Shown here: positions 32,204 to 42,193 of the stretch, one piece after another | How the letters are laid out: the number at the start of each line of letters is the position of its first letter | Position numbering within the stretch: position 1 is the stretch's first letter | Assembly: GCA_964417885.1 (NCBI GenBank) | Contig: CAYQKN010000001.1 | Location: 19,905-83,904 of the forward strand | Reading direction: 5' to 3' | Length of the DNA stretch: 64,000 bases | DNA from: an uncultured Burkholderiales bacterium | GTDB taxonomy: Bacteria > Pseudomonadota > Gammaproteobacteria > Burkholderiales > Usitatibacteraceae | Program-made: the position numbers and the translations under genes | Notes under the pieces: model-generated | Seen by the model: only the letters and a program-made list of their open reading frames with translations | What the model was told of the DNA's origin: nothing | The model's database searches: none

Positions 32204-33195
32204 CGCGCGGCTTCGCGCGGCACGGACCGCGCCGTGGCGGCCAGCGAGATCGCCATCTCGATTGCCGCTTTCATGCTGCCGGTGTCGATGCGGCCGCTGC
32301 CGGCGAGGTCAAGCGCGGTGCCATGATCAACCGAGGTGCGGATGATCGGCAGGCCCAGCGTGATGTTCACGCCATGGCCGAAGCTCGCATACTTCAGCAC
32401 CGGCAAGCCCTGGTCGTGATACATCGCCAAGACCGCGTCCGCCTGTTTCAGGTGGCGTGGCGTGAACAGGGTATCGGCCGGCAGCGGTCCGTCCAGCAGC
32501 ATGCCCTCGCCGCGCAGCTGGTCGAGCACCGGGCCGATCACCTCGATCTCCTCGCGGCCGAGATAGCCGCCTTCGCCGGCGTGGGGGTTCAGCCCGGCGA
32601 CCAGGATGCGTGGCGACGCGATGCCGAACTTGCCGATCAGGTCGGCGTGCAGGATGCGCAGCGTCGTGGCCAGCGACTCGCGGGTCAAAGCGGCGGATAC
32701 AGCCTTCAGTGCGAGGTGAGTGGTCGCCAGCGCGACCCGCAGCCCGCCGCCGGCCAGCATCATCACGACCTGCGCGGTGCCGGTTTTCGCCGCCAGGTAT
32801 TCGGTGTGGCCGGTAAAGTCGAGGCCGGCAATCCGTGCATCGTTGATCACACCCTTGTGTACCGGGGCAGTGACCATGGCGGCGAATTCACCGCTGCGGC
32901 AGCCCGCGACGGCGCGGTCGAGCAGGGCAAGAACATATGAACTGTTGGTCGCGTCGAGTGTGCCGGGCGTCACCGGTGCGGCGGTGGCGACGTGTTCGAT
33001 CCGCCATTTGCCGATGCCGACACCGAGCATGGCAGCACGCGAGGCAAGCAGGTTGCGGTCGCCGAGCAGGACCAGATTTGCCGGAACATCCCTGTTTGCC
33101 AGCAGGGCGCACAGGTCAGGACCGATTCCTGCGGGCTCGCCTGAGGTGATGGCGATAGTCGGCAGGGACGTGGCAGTGCGGGAATTCACGGCCAC
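32200..33195 (-). CDS. pdxA: 4-hydroxythreonine-4-phosphate dehydrogenase
   Basis: 331 aa with [14 protein letters not shown] and HGTALDLAG, in the conserved surA-pdxA-rsmA order. Confidence 0.95.
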   Translation of the reverse strand: MAVNSRTATSLPTIAITSGEPAGIGPDLCALLANRDVPANLVLLGDRNLLASRAAMLGVGIGKWRIEHVATAAPVTPGTLDATNSSYVLALLDRAVAGCRSGEFAAMVTAPVHKGVINDARIAGLDFTGHTEYLAAKTGTAQVVMMLAGGGLRVALATTHLALKAVSAALTRESLATTLRILHADLIGKFGIASPRILVAGLNPHAGEGGYLGREEIEVIGPVLDQLRGEGMLLDGPLPADTLFTPRHLKQADAVLAMYHDQGLPVLKYASFGHGVNITLGLPIIRTSVDHGTALDLAGSGRIDTGSMKAAIEMAISLAATARSVPREAAR

Positions 33196-33272
33196 GCTAT
33201 TCCGGCGCCGCGCTCAAGCGCCACCCGGTACTTGAGTGCGGGCTGTTCGCGGCCCGCCTCCGCGGGCCCGGA

Positions 33273-34640
33273 TCATTTTTCTTCCAGGCGGTATTCGACA
33301 AACGCGCGGTCGCGGGTCTGCCGCAGCCAGTCCTGATAGGCCTCGTCAGCCTTGCGCGCGCGAATCGTGTTGCGTGCCACCAGCCGCTTGCGATCCTCGG
33401 AGACGCCCTCGGTGCGGCGCTCGATCACCTGCACCAGATGCCAGCCGAACGGGCTCTGGATCGGTGCCGAGATCTCGTTGTCGCGCAACTGGTTCATGGT
33501 GCGTTCGAATTCCGGCACCGTGTCGCCGGGAGAAATCCAGCCCAGGTCGCCACCCTTGGCATTGGACGGGTCATCCGAGTGCACCTTGGCAAGCTCGGCG
33601 AAATCGGCGCCGGCAATGATCCGTTCGCGCAACCGTGCCAACCGCTCGCGGGCATCGGTATCGGTGACGCCCTCTTTGGTGCGAATCAGGATGTGGCGGG
33701 CGTGGGTTTGCTGGATCGACGGCTGGACATTGCGGCCGCGCTTGTCCAGCAGCTTGACGATATGAAAACCGTTGGCACTCTTGAGGATATCGGTCACTTC
33801 ACCGGCCTTCAGCGGCGACAGCGCTTCCAGGAAGATGGCCGGCAGCCGGCCCGACGGGCGCCAGCCGAGATTGCCGCCCTGCAGCGCGTCGGGCGCATCC
33901 GAATACTGCGCCGAGATCTGGGCAAAATCCGCGCCCTTGCGCAGTTCGCCCAGTGCCAGCAGCGCGCGTTTGCGGCGCGCCTCGATCTGCGCGCTGGTCG
34001 CCTGCTCAGGCACCAGCACCAGGATATGCGCCAGGCGGAATTCCTGGTCGGTGGTTGCTTCGCGTGCCTCGAGGGAAATCTGGGTATCGACTTCCGCTTC
34101 GGTGACGTTGATAGTGCCTTCGACTTCGCGTTCGCGCAGGCGCTGCAGGATCACCTCGCCGCGCACTTCCTCGCGGAATTTCTGCCACTTGATGCCGTCG
34201 GCCTCGAGCCGGCTGCGAAATGCGGTCATCGAGAGGTTGTTTTCATCGGCGATCCGCTGCAGGGTCTTGTCGAGCATGGCGTCGTCGACGCGGATGCCGG
34301 TTTCCTTGGCTTCCTGCATTTGCACCATGTCGTTGATCATCCGCTCCAGCAGCTGCTTTTTCATTGCATCCTGCGGCGGCAGCTGTGTGCTTTGCGCCTG
34401 CAACTGCTTGACCACCACCGCCATCCGCTCGTTGAGGTCGTTCTGGGTGATGACCTCGTTGTTCACCACCGCCACGATACGGTCGAGCTCGATCACGCCG
34501 CCGGTCTTGGCCGGCGCGGTCAGGCGGGTGTCGAGCCTGCCCGCGGAGGCAGGCGCCGGCGAAGCGGACTGTGCCGCCGCCATCGGCGGCAGCGCCAGCA
34601 TCAAGGCAACGGTTGAGGCGGCAAGAATGCGATGTTTCAT
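33273..34640 (-). CDS. surA: periplasmic chaperone / peptidyl-prolyl isomerase SurA
   Basis: 455 aa with a signal peptide and two parvulin domains (…GGNLGWRPSG… and …GGDLGWISPG…). Confidence 0.9.
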   Translation of the reverse strand: MKHRILAASTVALMLALPPMAAAQSASPAPASAGRLDTRLTAPAKTGGVIELDRIVAVVNNEVITQNDLNERMAVVVKQLQAQSTQLPPQDAMKKQLLERMINDMVQMQEAKETGIRVDDAMLDKTLQRIADENNLSMTAFRSRLEADGIKWQKFREEVRGEVILQRLREREVEGTINVTEAEVDTQISLEAREATTDQEFRLAHILVLVPEQATSAQIEARRKRALLALGELRKGADFAQISAQYSDAPDALQGGNLGWRPSGRLPAIFLEALSPLKAGEVTDILKSANGFHIVKLLDKRGRNVQPSIQQTHARHILIRTKEGVTDTDARERLARLRERIIAGADFAELAKVHSDDPSNAKGGDLGWISPGDTVPEFERTMNQLRDNEISAPIQSPFGWHLVQVIERRTEGVSEDRKRLVARNTIRARKADEAYQDWLRQTRDRAFVEYRLEEK

Positions 34641-34703
34641 GGTGCAGCTTTCGAGATAGATGCAGTGGGCGGAGCGGATATTCCGGTACAGCCGAACAGG
34701 GCG

Positions 34704-37025
34704 TCAGCGATCATCTGACCGCCGGTAGCCCGGAATGTTCTGCCGCAGGGTTTCAAGCGGGTTGATGCCGAGTTTGGACAGGCCCTTCAACTCCAGTTGA
34801 AACTGGATCGAGTTGGAATACTGCTGGGTCGCCGTGGCGAAACGGTGCGCGACCAGCCGGAATTCCCAGCAGCCGTAATTATACTCGACGCCAAACAGTC
34901 CCTCGAGCAGGCGGCGGTCCTGCAGCGAGTGGTTGGCCCGGGCCAGCAGGGTCCATCCCGGTGCGGCATTGCCGAACGGCCACTGTGCCGATACATCGAT
35001 CTGCTTCAGCGAGTCGCGGGTGAATCGATAGCTGAAGTTGAGGATACGCCCGCCCTCGGCGTTATAGCGCGCCGCGATGTTGGTGCGCTGGAAGCGGGTG
35101 TTCGAGGTCGAATACTGGAAGCTGGAATCGAGGAACCACGAGTCGGACAACTGCCCGGACAGCGCCGCCAGCAAATCCGATCGGCTCAGGCTGCCCTGCT
35201 GCAGGCCGGACAGGCCGAGGGCGGTGTTGGACAGCGTCACCTGCTGGGGACGGAAATAGTAGCGCTGGCCGATGGCGGCACGCAGGCGTTCGATGCCGGT
35301 GAGGTTTTCGATAAAGCGGGTGGTGACGGCGGCCGTCATCTGTCGCGCATCGGAAATGCGGTCGCCACCGACGAACAGGTTCTCGTTGAATATCTGCGAA
35401 AAGCTGAAATCGGTCTCGGCGGTGGAGAAAATCGGCAGCCGGCTCTGGTCGCGGAATGGCACGTAGAGGAAGAACAGGCGCGGTTCGAGCGTTTGTGTGA
35501 TGGATTCGCCGCCCAGCATCATGGCCCGTTCGAACGACAGACCGCTGTCGACACTGACGATCGGCAGCGTGCGGCTGCCGCTTTCGAAGCCGGAATCGTT
35601 CCGTGTCAGGTCGTAGCGGGTGGTATGAACACCCATCTTCGGTGTGACGAAGCCCCATGGACGCGCCACCGGATACGCTGCCGACGGATAGAACAGCAGC
35701 CGGCGGCCGTTGACCAGGGTCGGGTGCTGGAAATCGGTGTACTCGCCAACGGTGTTGAATTCGAAGCCGTTCCAGCGGTTGGGGCGGGCGTTGAACGCGA
35801 TCTGCGGCGCCAGCCGGTATGGCGCGATGACCGGCACGGTCGGGTCCTGCAGGGTCTGGAACGCGAGTATGCGGGCGCTCAGGTCGCCGACGAAGCTGGT
35901 GTAGGACAGCGTGGCTTCGCGCGGCAGGTTGGTCTGCGCGGTATTGGCGATGCGCGTCGACAGGTCGCGGAAGTAATTGTCGTCCGACACCTTTTGCGCG
36001 TTGATCGACGCGCTCCAGCCCGGCCGCAGCCAGGGCCCCAGGTTCTGGTAGTGGCGCAATGAATAGAGATAACGGTCACGGTCGGCGACACGGTCGTTGC
36101 CGAGGAACTCGGTTTCGGCCTGGCCCAGGTAATTTTCCCCCATGTAACGGAATTCCCCGCCGAGTTGCATGCCGCGCCGGGTGAAGATCTTCGGCGTGAT
36201 GGTGGCGTCGCGATTGGGCGCGATATTCCAGTAATACGGCACCGCCAGTTCTAGGCCGCTGCTGGAGGAAGAGCCGAAAGTCGGCGACAGAAATCCCGAT
36301 TTGCGCTCACTGTTCAACGGAAACGTCATGTAAGGCAGGTAAAGGATCGGCACCCCCTTGAACTCGACCACGCCGTTGTAGGCGGTGCCGACGTTGCGGC
36401 CGCGGTCGAGTGCAAGTTCCGAAACCTTCAGGTACCAGTCGTTCTGGTCGGGCCGGCAGGTGGTGTAGAGCGCACCGAACAGGCGTTCCTTGTCCTCGCC
36501 TTCGAAATTCATCGTCGCCGCCGAACCGCGCGCCTCGTAGCGCTGGGACGGCCGGGTGGGGCTGCGCGAAAACAGGAACGACGGCTTGTCGACGCTGCCG
36601 ATTTCGTCGGCAACCTTGAGCTTCAGGTCAAAGCCGCGAACGATGTCTCCGTCACGGTTCAGTTCGACCTTGCCGGGCACCGTCACCAGGTCGGTCTCCT
36701 TGTCGTAACTGACGATGTCGGCGGTGACTTCCATCGTCCCCTGCCTGATCGAGACCCGTCCCTTCGCCGTCACGTTCTTCTGGTTGGTGCCGTCGATCTC
36801 CTCGGCGGAAATGGTGCGCACGCCGGTTTTCGCCGGCTTCTTCAGCAGGGTTCCCGGTGTCGGCAGCATCCGGTCCAGCTTCAGCGATTCGGCGATGGCG
36901 GCATCGAGTTCGGCCTGATTGGGCGTGCTGGCCTGTTGGGCCCAGGAAGCCTGGCCGCCGATCTGGGCGCACAGCGGCGCCAGCGCCAGCGCGATGCGCG
37001 ACAGGCGATGAAAGTTTGATTTCAT
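34704..37025 (-). CDS. lptD: LPS-assembly outer-membrane protein LptD
   Basis: Start taken at MKSNFHRLSRIALALAPLCAQIGGQASWAQQ (signal peptide). About 773 aa, beta-barrel-type sequence, upstream of surA. The track ORF extends spuriously to 38066. Confidence 0.9.
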   Translation of the reverse strand: MKSNFHRLSRIALALAPLCAQIGGQASWAQQASTPNQAELDAAIAESLKLDRMLPTPGTLLKKPAKTGVRTISAEEIDGTNQKNVTAKGRVSIRQGTMEVTADIVSYDKETDLVTVPGKVELNRDGDIVRGFDLKLKVADEIGSVDKPSFLFSRSPTRPSQRYEARGSAATMNFEGEDKERLFGALYTTCRPDQNDWYLKVSELALDRGRNVGTAYNGVVEFKGVPILYLPYMTFPLNSERKSGFLSPTFGSSSSSGLELAVPYYWNIAPNRDATITPKIFTRRGMQLGGEFRYMGENYLGQAETEFLGNDRVADRDRYLYSLRHYQNLGPWLRPGWSASINAQKVSDDNYFRDLSTRIANTAQTNLPREATLSYTSFVGDLSARILAFQTLQDPTVPVIAPYRLAPQIAFNARPNRWNGFEFNTVGEYTDFQHPTLVNGRRLLFYPSAAYPVARPWGFVTPKMGVHTTRYDLTRNDSGFESGSRTLPIVSVDSGLSFERAMMLGGESITQTLEPRLFFLYVPFRDQSRLPIFSTAETDFSFSQIFNENLFVGGDRISDARQMTAAVTTRFIENLTGIERLRAAIGQRYYFRPQQVTLSNTALGLSGLQQGSLSRSDLLAALSGQLSDSWFLDSSFQYSTSNTRFQRTNIAARYNAEGGRILNFSYRFTRDSLKQIDVSAQWPFGNAAPGWTLLARANHSLQDRRLLEGLFGVEYNYGCWEFRLVAHRFATATQQYSNSIQFQLELKGLSKLGINPLETLRQNIPGYRRSDDR

Positions 37026-37214
37026 CGGGATGCCCGCGATCGGTTCGTTATTGGAGGAAGGTTCGACAAGGGCTGGATTTGCGGGGGAAATGATCGGCGG
37101 GGTGATTGGCGTGGCGGCAAGGGGCGAATGATAAAATGGTGCAATTAAAAGAATAAATCGCGCGGCATCCGATCCACCACACGCGCCCGACACCCGGGAC
37201 CCGGAACACACTCC

Positions 37215-38261
37215 ATGCAACAACACGACTCTGCCCGCATGAACGCGCTGCATGCCTGGCTGAAACCGCAGCTCGCCTGCGACGGGATAGCAGACTACCA
37301 GTTGGCGCCTGCGTCGGCGGATGCCAGCTTCCGGCGCTATTTTCGCATAACCACCCCGTCGGCCACCGTGCCGACACGTATCGTCATGGACGCGCCGCCG
37401 GAACAGGAAGATTGCCGGCCGTTTGTCAATGTTGCCCACCTGATGCGGGAGGCCGGGGTCAACGCGCCGGAAGTGCTGGCGCAGGACCTGTCGCAGGGAT
37501 TCCTGCTGCTGACCGATCTCGGCCGCAAGACCTATCTGGACGTCATCAACGACGACAATGCCGACCGTCTGTTCCGCGCCGCCAATGAGATGCTGGTCAA
37601 GTGGCAGCTGGCTTCCCGGCCCGGCGTGCTGCCGGAATACAGCCAGGCGCAAATCCACGCCGAACTGGCGCTGTTCACCGACTGGTACATCGGCAGACAC
37701 GTGCAGGCCACACTGACCAACGCACAGCAACAGGTGCTGCAGTCGGCCTTTGAAAGCATTGCGCGGATGAGCCTTGCACAGGAAAAAGTCTTTGTCCACA
37801 GCGATTACATGCCGCGAAACCTGATGATCGGCGAGCCGCCGGATGGCATCACGCCCGGCGTGCTCGATTTTCAGGACGCGGTATATGGCCCGATCAGCTA
37901 CGACATCGCCTCGCTGTATCGCGATGCCTTTGTCTCCTGGGAAGAGGATCGCGTGCTCGACGGCACCATCCGCTACTGGGAGCAGGCAAAGAAAGCCGGC
38001 CTGCCAATGCCCCCCCAATTCGGCGATTTTTACCGCGATGCCGAATGGACGGGCCTGCAGCGGCACCTGCGTATCCTCGGCATTTTTGCCCGCCTCAATT
38101 ACCGCGACGGCAAGCCGTCCTACCTCGCCGACACGCCGCGTTTTGTGATGTACGTGCGCAAGACCTGCGAGCGTTACGGCGCATTGAAGCCGCTGTTGCG
38201 ATTGCTGGATCAGCTCAAGATCGGCGATGCGGCGGTGTCCGGGTATTCGTTCATTCGATGA
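37215..38261 (+). CDS. aminoglycoside-phosphotransferase-fold kinase, AmgK-like (anomeric MurNAc/GlcNAc kinase family candidate)
   Basis: 348 aa with SFRRYFRI, catalytic loop VHSDYMPRNLM and LDFQDA. Its position divergent from lptD is the same as AmgK in pseudomonads. The start could instead be ATG 37239. Confidence 0.7.
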   Translation: MQQHDSARMNALHAWLKPQLACDGIADYQLAPASADASFRRYFRITTPSATVPTRIVMDAPPEQEDCRPFVNVAHLMREAGVNAPEVLAQDLSQGFLLLTDLGRKTYLDVINDDNADRLFRAANEMLVKWQLASRPGVLPEYSQAQIHAELALFTDWYIGRHVQATLTNAQQQVLQSAFESIARMSLAQEKVFVHSDYMPRNLMIGEPPDGITPGVLDFQDAVYGPISYDIASLYRDAFVSWEEDRVLDGTIRYWEQAKKAGLPMPPQFGDFYRDAEWTGLQRHLRILGIFARLNYRDGKPSYLADTPRFVMYVRKTCERYGALKPLLRLLDQLKIGDAAVSGYSFIR

Positions 38262-38263
38262 TC

Positions 38264-38329
38264 AAGCACCAGTACCGGCGCGGCTCCCGGACCGAAAAGG
38301 CCCGGGAACGGGCGCCAGTGCTGGAGTTT
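38264..38329 (+). repeat. palindromic extragenic repeat, copy D
   Basis: AAGCACCAGTACCGGCGCGG...GGGCGCCAGTGCTGGAGTTT with inner stem TCCCGG.../...CCGGGA. Begins 3 nt after the kinase stop codon. Confidence 0.7.
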
Positions 38330-38424
38330 GACTCGCGATAAGACCTGATCGGCACGCATCGCCACAAACGCCGGCGCGGTGCCGGCGTACAATTGCGTTT
38401 TTTCCCACGCCCGTTCCCACGCCC

Positions 38425-39759
38425 ATGAAACGCGAAAATATCCCTTTCCCGGTTGTCATTCCCAACGTCAAGGTCCACGCCGAGCGTCGCAAGCGGCTGG
38501 CCAGGAACCTGAAGGACGGCCTGGTATTGCTGGCAACCGCGCCGGAGGCAACCCGCAACGCCGACGCACACTACGACTACCGCTGGGACAGCCACTTCTA
38601 TTACCTCACCGGGTTCCGTGAGCCGGAGGCGGTGCTGGCGATCGTGCTGGGCAAGAAGCCGCGGCACATCCTGTTCTGTCGCGACAAGAATCTGGAGCGT
38701 GAAATCTGGGACGGCTTCCGCTTTGGCCCGCAGGTGGCAAAGGAAGTGTTCAGCTTCGACGAATCGTATTCGTTCAGCGAGCTTGAGACCCGCATACCGG
38801 ACCTGATGGCCAATCAGGATGTGGTTTACACGCCCGTCGGTGCGTCCGCCGAGTGGGATCAATCTGTGACGCGCTGGATGAACGTGGTGCGCGGCCGGTC
38901 GCGCACCGGCGTGACAGCGCCGGCCGAATTGCGTGACCTGCGCAACATCGTCGGCCAGATGCGCCTGATCAAGGACCGCGCGGAAATCGACATCATGGCG
39001 CGCGCCGGCAGGATTTCCTCCGCCGCCCACGCTCGCGCGATGCGCTTTGCCAAGCCGGGCATGTTCGAGTACCAGGTGGAGGCGGAACTGTTGCACGAGT
39101 TCATCAGCAATGGTGCGCGGCAGCCCGCCTACGGCAGCATCGTGGCGGCTGGCGGCAATGCCTGCGTGCTTCACTATCGCGAAAATTCGGCACCGTTGAA
39201 AAAAGGCGACCTGATGCTGATCGACGCGGGCTGCGAACTGGAAAGCTACGCGGCCGACATCACCCGCACCTTTCCGATCGCCGGCCGGTTCAGCGGACCG
39301 CAAAAGGACATCTACGAACTGGTGCTGGAATCGCAGCTGGCCTGTATCAAGGCGGTGAAGCCAGGCGCGCCATTCGGCAAGTATCACGATGTTGCCAACC
39401 AGGTGCTGGCGCAGGGCCTGATCGATCTGAAGCTTTGCAAGGGCTCCCTGCAATCGGTGCTGGAAAAGGAAACCTACAAGCAGTTCTACATGCACCGTGC
39501 CGGCCATTGGCTCGGGCTCGACGTGCATGACGCGGGCGACTACAAGCGCGACGGCAAGTGGCTTTCGCTGAAGCCGGGCATGGTGCTGACGGTCGAGCCG
39601 GGGCTCTACATCCGGCCGGCGGATAACGTACCCAAGCATTTCTGGGATATCGGTGTGCGTATCGAGGATGACATCCTGGTCACGGACAAGGGCAACACCA
39701 ACCTGACGGCAAGCTGTCCGAAATCGGTGAAGGATGTGGAGGCGCTGACGGCCGGCTAG
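38425..39759 (+). CDS. pepP: Xaa-Pro aminopeptidase
   Basis: 444 aa with M24B metal ligand contexts LIDAGCE, MHRAGHWLGLDVHD, VEPG and RIEDDILV. Confidence 0.93.
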   Translation: MKRENIPFPVVIPNVKVHAERRKRLARNLKDGLVLLATAPEATRNADAHYDYRWDSHFYYLTGFREPEAVLAIVLGKKPRHILFCRDKNLEREIWDGFRFGPQVAKEVFSFDESYSFSELETRIPDLMANQDVVYTPVGASAEWDQSVTRWMNVVRGRSRTGVTAPAELRDLRNIVGQMRLIKDRAEIDIMARAGRISSAAHARAMRFAKPGMFEYQVEAELLHEFISNGARQPAYGSIVAAGGNACVLHYRENSAPLKKGDLMLIDAGCELESYAADITRTFPIAGRFSGPQKDIYELVLESQLACIKAVKPGAPFGKYHDVANQVLAQGLIDLKLCKGSLQSVLEKETYKQFYMHRAGHWLGLDVHDAGDYKRDGKWLSLKPGMVLTVEPGLYIRPADNVPKHFWDIGVRIEDDILVTDKGNTNLTASCPKSVKDVEALTAG

Positions 39760-39833
39760 ATGTTCGCCGGTCCGCGGCGTCGAGGCGCCGAACCCGGCCA
39801 ACGGCAGCGCAATCGACCAGCCATGGTGACAAA

Positions 39834-40979
39834 TTGCCCCGGGTAATCATCGTCGGCGCCGGACCGGTCGGCGCGACCTTTGCCCTGCTCGCGACGCGAC
39901 TTGGCGTGGATGTGACGCTGCTTGAGGCGCGCGCCGGGCCGTCGCGGGAAACGCGTTCGCTGGCCCTTTCGCACGGCAGCCGCAACATTCTTGAGACCAG
40001 CGGTGTCTGGCAAGACCTGGCGCCGACCGAGATTCTTGCCATTCATACCTCGCAGCGCGGCGGCTTTGGCCGGATGCGCCTTTCGCACGAAGACGCCGGC
40101 GTACCGGCCCTGGGCTATGTGCTCACCTATGGCGACCTGCAGCAGGCGCTCGATCGCCGCCTCGATCAACTGTCCATCCCGGTATTGCGTGGCGCGGTGG
40201 TTTCGGCACTGGACCAGGCGGCCGACCAAATTGTGGTGCGCTATGACGTGGACGGCATCGAACACCGGATCGATGCCGCCGCCGTGATACTCGCGGACGG
40301 CGGTGCCAACCTCGGCAAGGTGCCGTCCCTGACGGTCGAGGAAAAGGACTACGCGCAGCACGCGCTGCTGGGACACATCACCACCGATCGGGCCCACGGC
40401 GGCACGGCTTACGAGCGATTCACGCCGGAAGGCCCGGCAGCATTGTTGCCGCATGGCGGGAAGTTCGAATACTCGATGGTATGGGTTTCTTCGCCCGGAC
40501 GAATTGACACCCTGAAGGCGCTGGACGATGCGGCGTTTTTGGCGGCGTTCCAGCAGCATTTTGGCCATCGCGCTGGACGATTCACCGCGATTGCAGACCG
40601 GCGCAGTTTTCCACTCAAGCTTCGCACCGTGTCGTCGCGCGTTGCCGGGCAGGTGGTGGTGATCGGCAATGCCGCGCAGGCCTTGCATCCGGTGGCGGGA
40701 CAGGGCTTCAACCTGGGCCTGCGCGATGCGGCGGATCTGGCGCAGCGGCTGGCGGTCGCCGGCGACGCGTCAACCCGGCTGATCCTGCAGCAATACGAAG
40801 CATCGCGCGAGCGGGACGTGGCGCGCAGTGTCGGCTTTACCGACTTTCTGGTGGGCGCGTTCAGCAATGATTACCTGCTCACGCGCGTGCCGCGCGGCAT
40901 CGGCCTGGCCGTGGTCGACATGCTGCCGGGCGCTCGCCGTGCACTGGCCAGGCGCATGCTGTTTGGGGCCGCGAAATGA
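39834..40979 (+). CDS. ubiH: FAD-dependent ubiquinone-biosynthesis hydroxylase, UbiH-like
   Basis: 381 aa (TTG start) with IIVGAGPVGATFAL and GNAAQALHPVAGQGFNLGLRD. The pepP-ubiH-ubiI order matches E. coli. Confidence 0.82.
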   Translation: MPRVIIVGAGPVGATFALLATRLGVDVTLLEARAGPSRETRSLALSHGSRNILETSGVWQDLAPTEILAIHTSQRGGFGRMRLSHEDAGVPALGYVLTYGDLQQALDRRLDQLSIPVLRGAVVSALDQAADQIVVRYDVDGIEHRIDAAAVILADGGANLGKVPSLTVEEKDYAQHALLGHITTDRAHGGTAYERFTPEGPAALLPHGGKFEYSMVWVSSPGRIDTLKALDDAAFLAAFQQHFGHRAGRFTAIADRRSFPLKLRTVSSRVAGQVVVIGNAAQALHPVAGQGFNLGLRDAADLAQRLAVAGDASTRLILQQYEASRERDVARSVGFTDFLVGAFSNDYLLTRVPRGIGLAVVDMLPGARRALARRMLFGAAK

Positions 40980-42130
40980 GCAGCCGCATCGTCGTGGTCG
41001 GTGGCGGCCCGGTCGGGCTGTCCTTTGCCATTGCCGCCGCGGAACTGCCCGGTGTCAGCGTCAGCGTCATTGAGCGTGCCGCCGGTGGGCAGCGTTCGTT
41101 GCCGTCGCCATTCGATCACCGCGTATATGCCCTGTCGCCGGCATCGATGCAGTTCCTGGCCGACCTCGGCGCCGCTCCGGATCCGGCACGCGCCGCGCCG
41201 GTGCGGTCGATGCAGGTTTGCGGTGACGCGGCCGGCAGCCAGTTGGATTTCACCGATGGCCGGCCGCTGGCCACCATCGTCGAGCATGCTTCGCTGATGC
41301 GTGCGCTGGAGTCGCGGCAGGCGCAGATCGAGCAGATTGTGCTGCGGCGGGGCGTGGCGGCCCAATCGCTCGACAGTACTGAGCATGGTGAAAGGCGCCT
41401 GACGCTGGCCGACGGCAGCGCGCTGACGGCCGACTTGCTGGTCGGCGCGGATGGCAGCCGCTCGCAGATTCGTCAGCTGGCAGCCATTGCGGTTGACACG
41501 CGGGATTACGACAGCGACGGTGTGGTCGCCAATTTCCGTTGCGAGCGTGCACATGGCGACATCGCGCGCCAGTGGTTCGGCAATGACTCGGTGCTGGCTT
41601 ACCTGCCGTTACCGGACAAACATATTTCGATGGTCTGGTCGATGTCATCGGCTACCGCCGCGCGGACGGCGGCGCTGGACCAGGATCAGTTTTGTGCCGC
41701 GGTCGCCGCCGCCGGCCACCACCAGCTGGGATCGCTTGCGCTGGTGTCGCCGATCGAACGGTTTCCGTTGACACGAACCACGGCGCAAAACTGGGTGCAA
41801 CCTGGCCTCGCTTTGATCGGCGATGCCGCTCATGCCGTGCATCCGCTCGCCGGTCAGGGCGTGAATCTGGGTTTTGCCGATGCACGTAAACTGGTGGAGG
41901 TGTTGGCGGCGCGGTCCAAATTTTCACGTGTCGGCGACCTTTCAGTGTTACGCCAATACGAACGGGCGCGACGCGAGGCGGCGCTGGCGGTGGGGCAGGT
42001 GACCGACCGCCTGCGCTCGCTGTATCTCAGCGAATGGTCCTTGGCGCGCTGGCTGCGTAATGACGGTGTGCGAATGGTCAATCGGCTGCCGATGGCCAAG
42101 TCAGTGCTGGTAGACTACGCGACCCGCTAG
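40976..42130 (+). CDS. FAD-dependent ubiquinone-biosynthesis hydroxylase, UbiH/UbiF/UbiI(VisC)/COQ6 family
   Basis: 384 aa with VVVGGGPVGLSFA and GDAAHAVHPLAGQGVNLGFAD. 4-nt overlap with ubiH. Confidence 0.8.
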   Translation: MSSRIVVVGGGPVGLSFAIAAAELPGVSVSVIERAAGGQRSLPSPFDHRVYALSPASMQFLADLGAAPDPARAAPVRSMQVCGDAAGSQLDFTDGRPLATIVEHASLMRALESRQAQIEQIVLRRGVAAQSLDSTEHGERRLTLADGSALTADLLVGADGSRSQIRQLAAIAVDTRDYDSDGVVANFRCERAHGDIARQWFGNDSVLAYLPLPDKHISMVWSMSSATAARTAALDQDQFCAAVAAAGHHQLGSLALVSPIERFPLTRTTAQNWVQPGLALIGDAAHAVHPLAGQGVNLGFADARKLVEVLAARSKFSRVGDLSVLRQYERARREAALAVGQVTDRLRSLYLSEWSLARWLRNDGVRMVNRLPMAKSVLVDYATR

Positions 42131-42193
42131 CCGGTGGCGCCGGGTTGAACCAAAGCCGTCGCGCCGGATCGAAACTGCCTGACTGAACCTGCC

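Noticed and set aside
37026-38066. N-terminal 347 codons of the 1120-aa track ORF 34704-38066 (-), which would make a giant LptD.
   Set aside because: LptD homology and a proper signal peptide begin at MKSNFHRL (start 37025). The upstream part is Arg/Gly/His-rich with no recognisable features. It lies antisense to the well-supported kinase gene 37215-38261 and crosses the AT-rich divergent promoter region.
38251-39801. 516-aa ORF on the minus strand.
   Set aside because: It is fully antisense to pepP, which has unambiguous M24B motifs. Its translation is Arg/His/Leu/Val-rich with no motif and is a high-GC shadow ORF.
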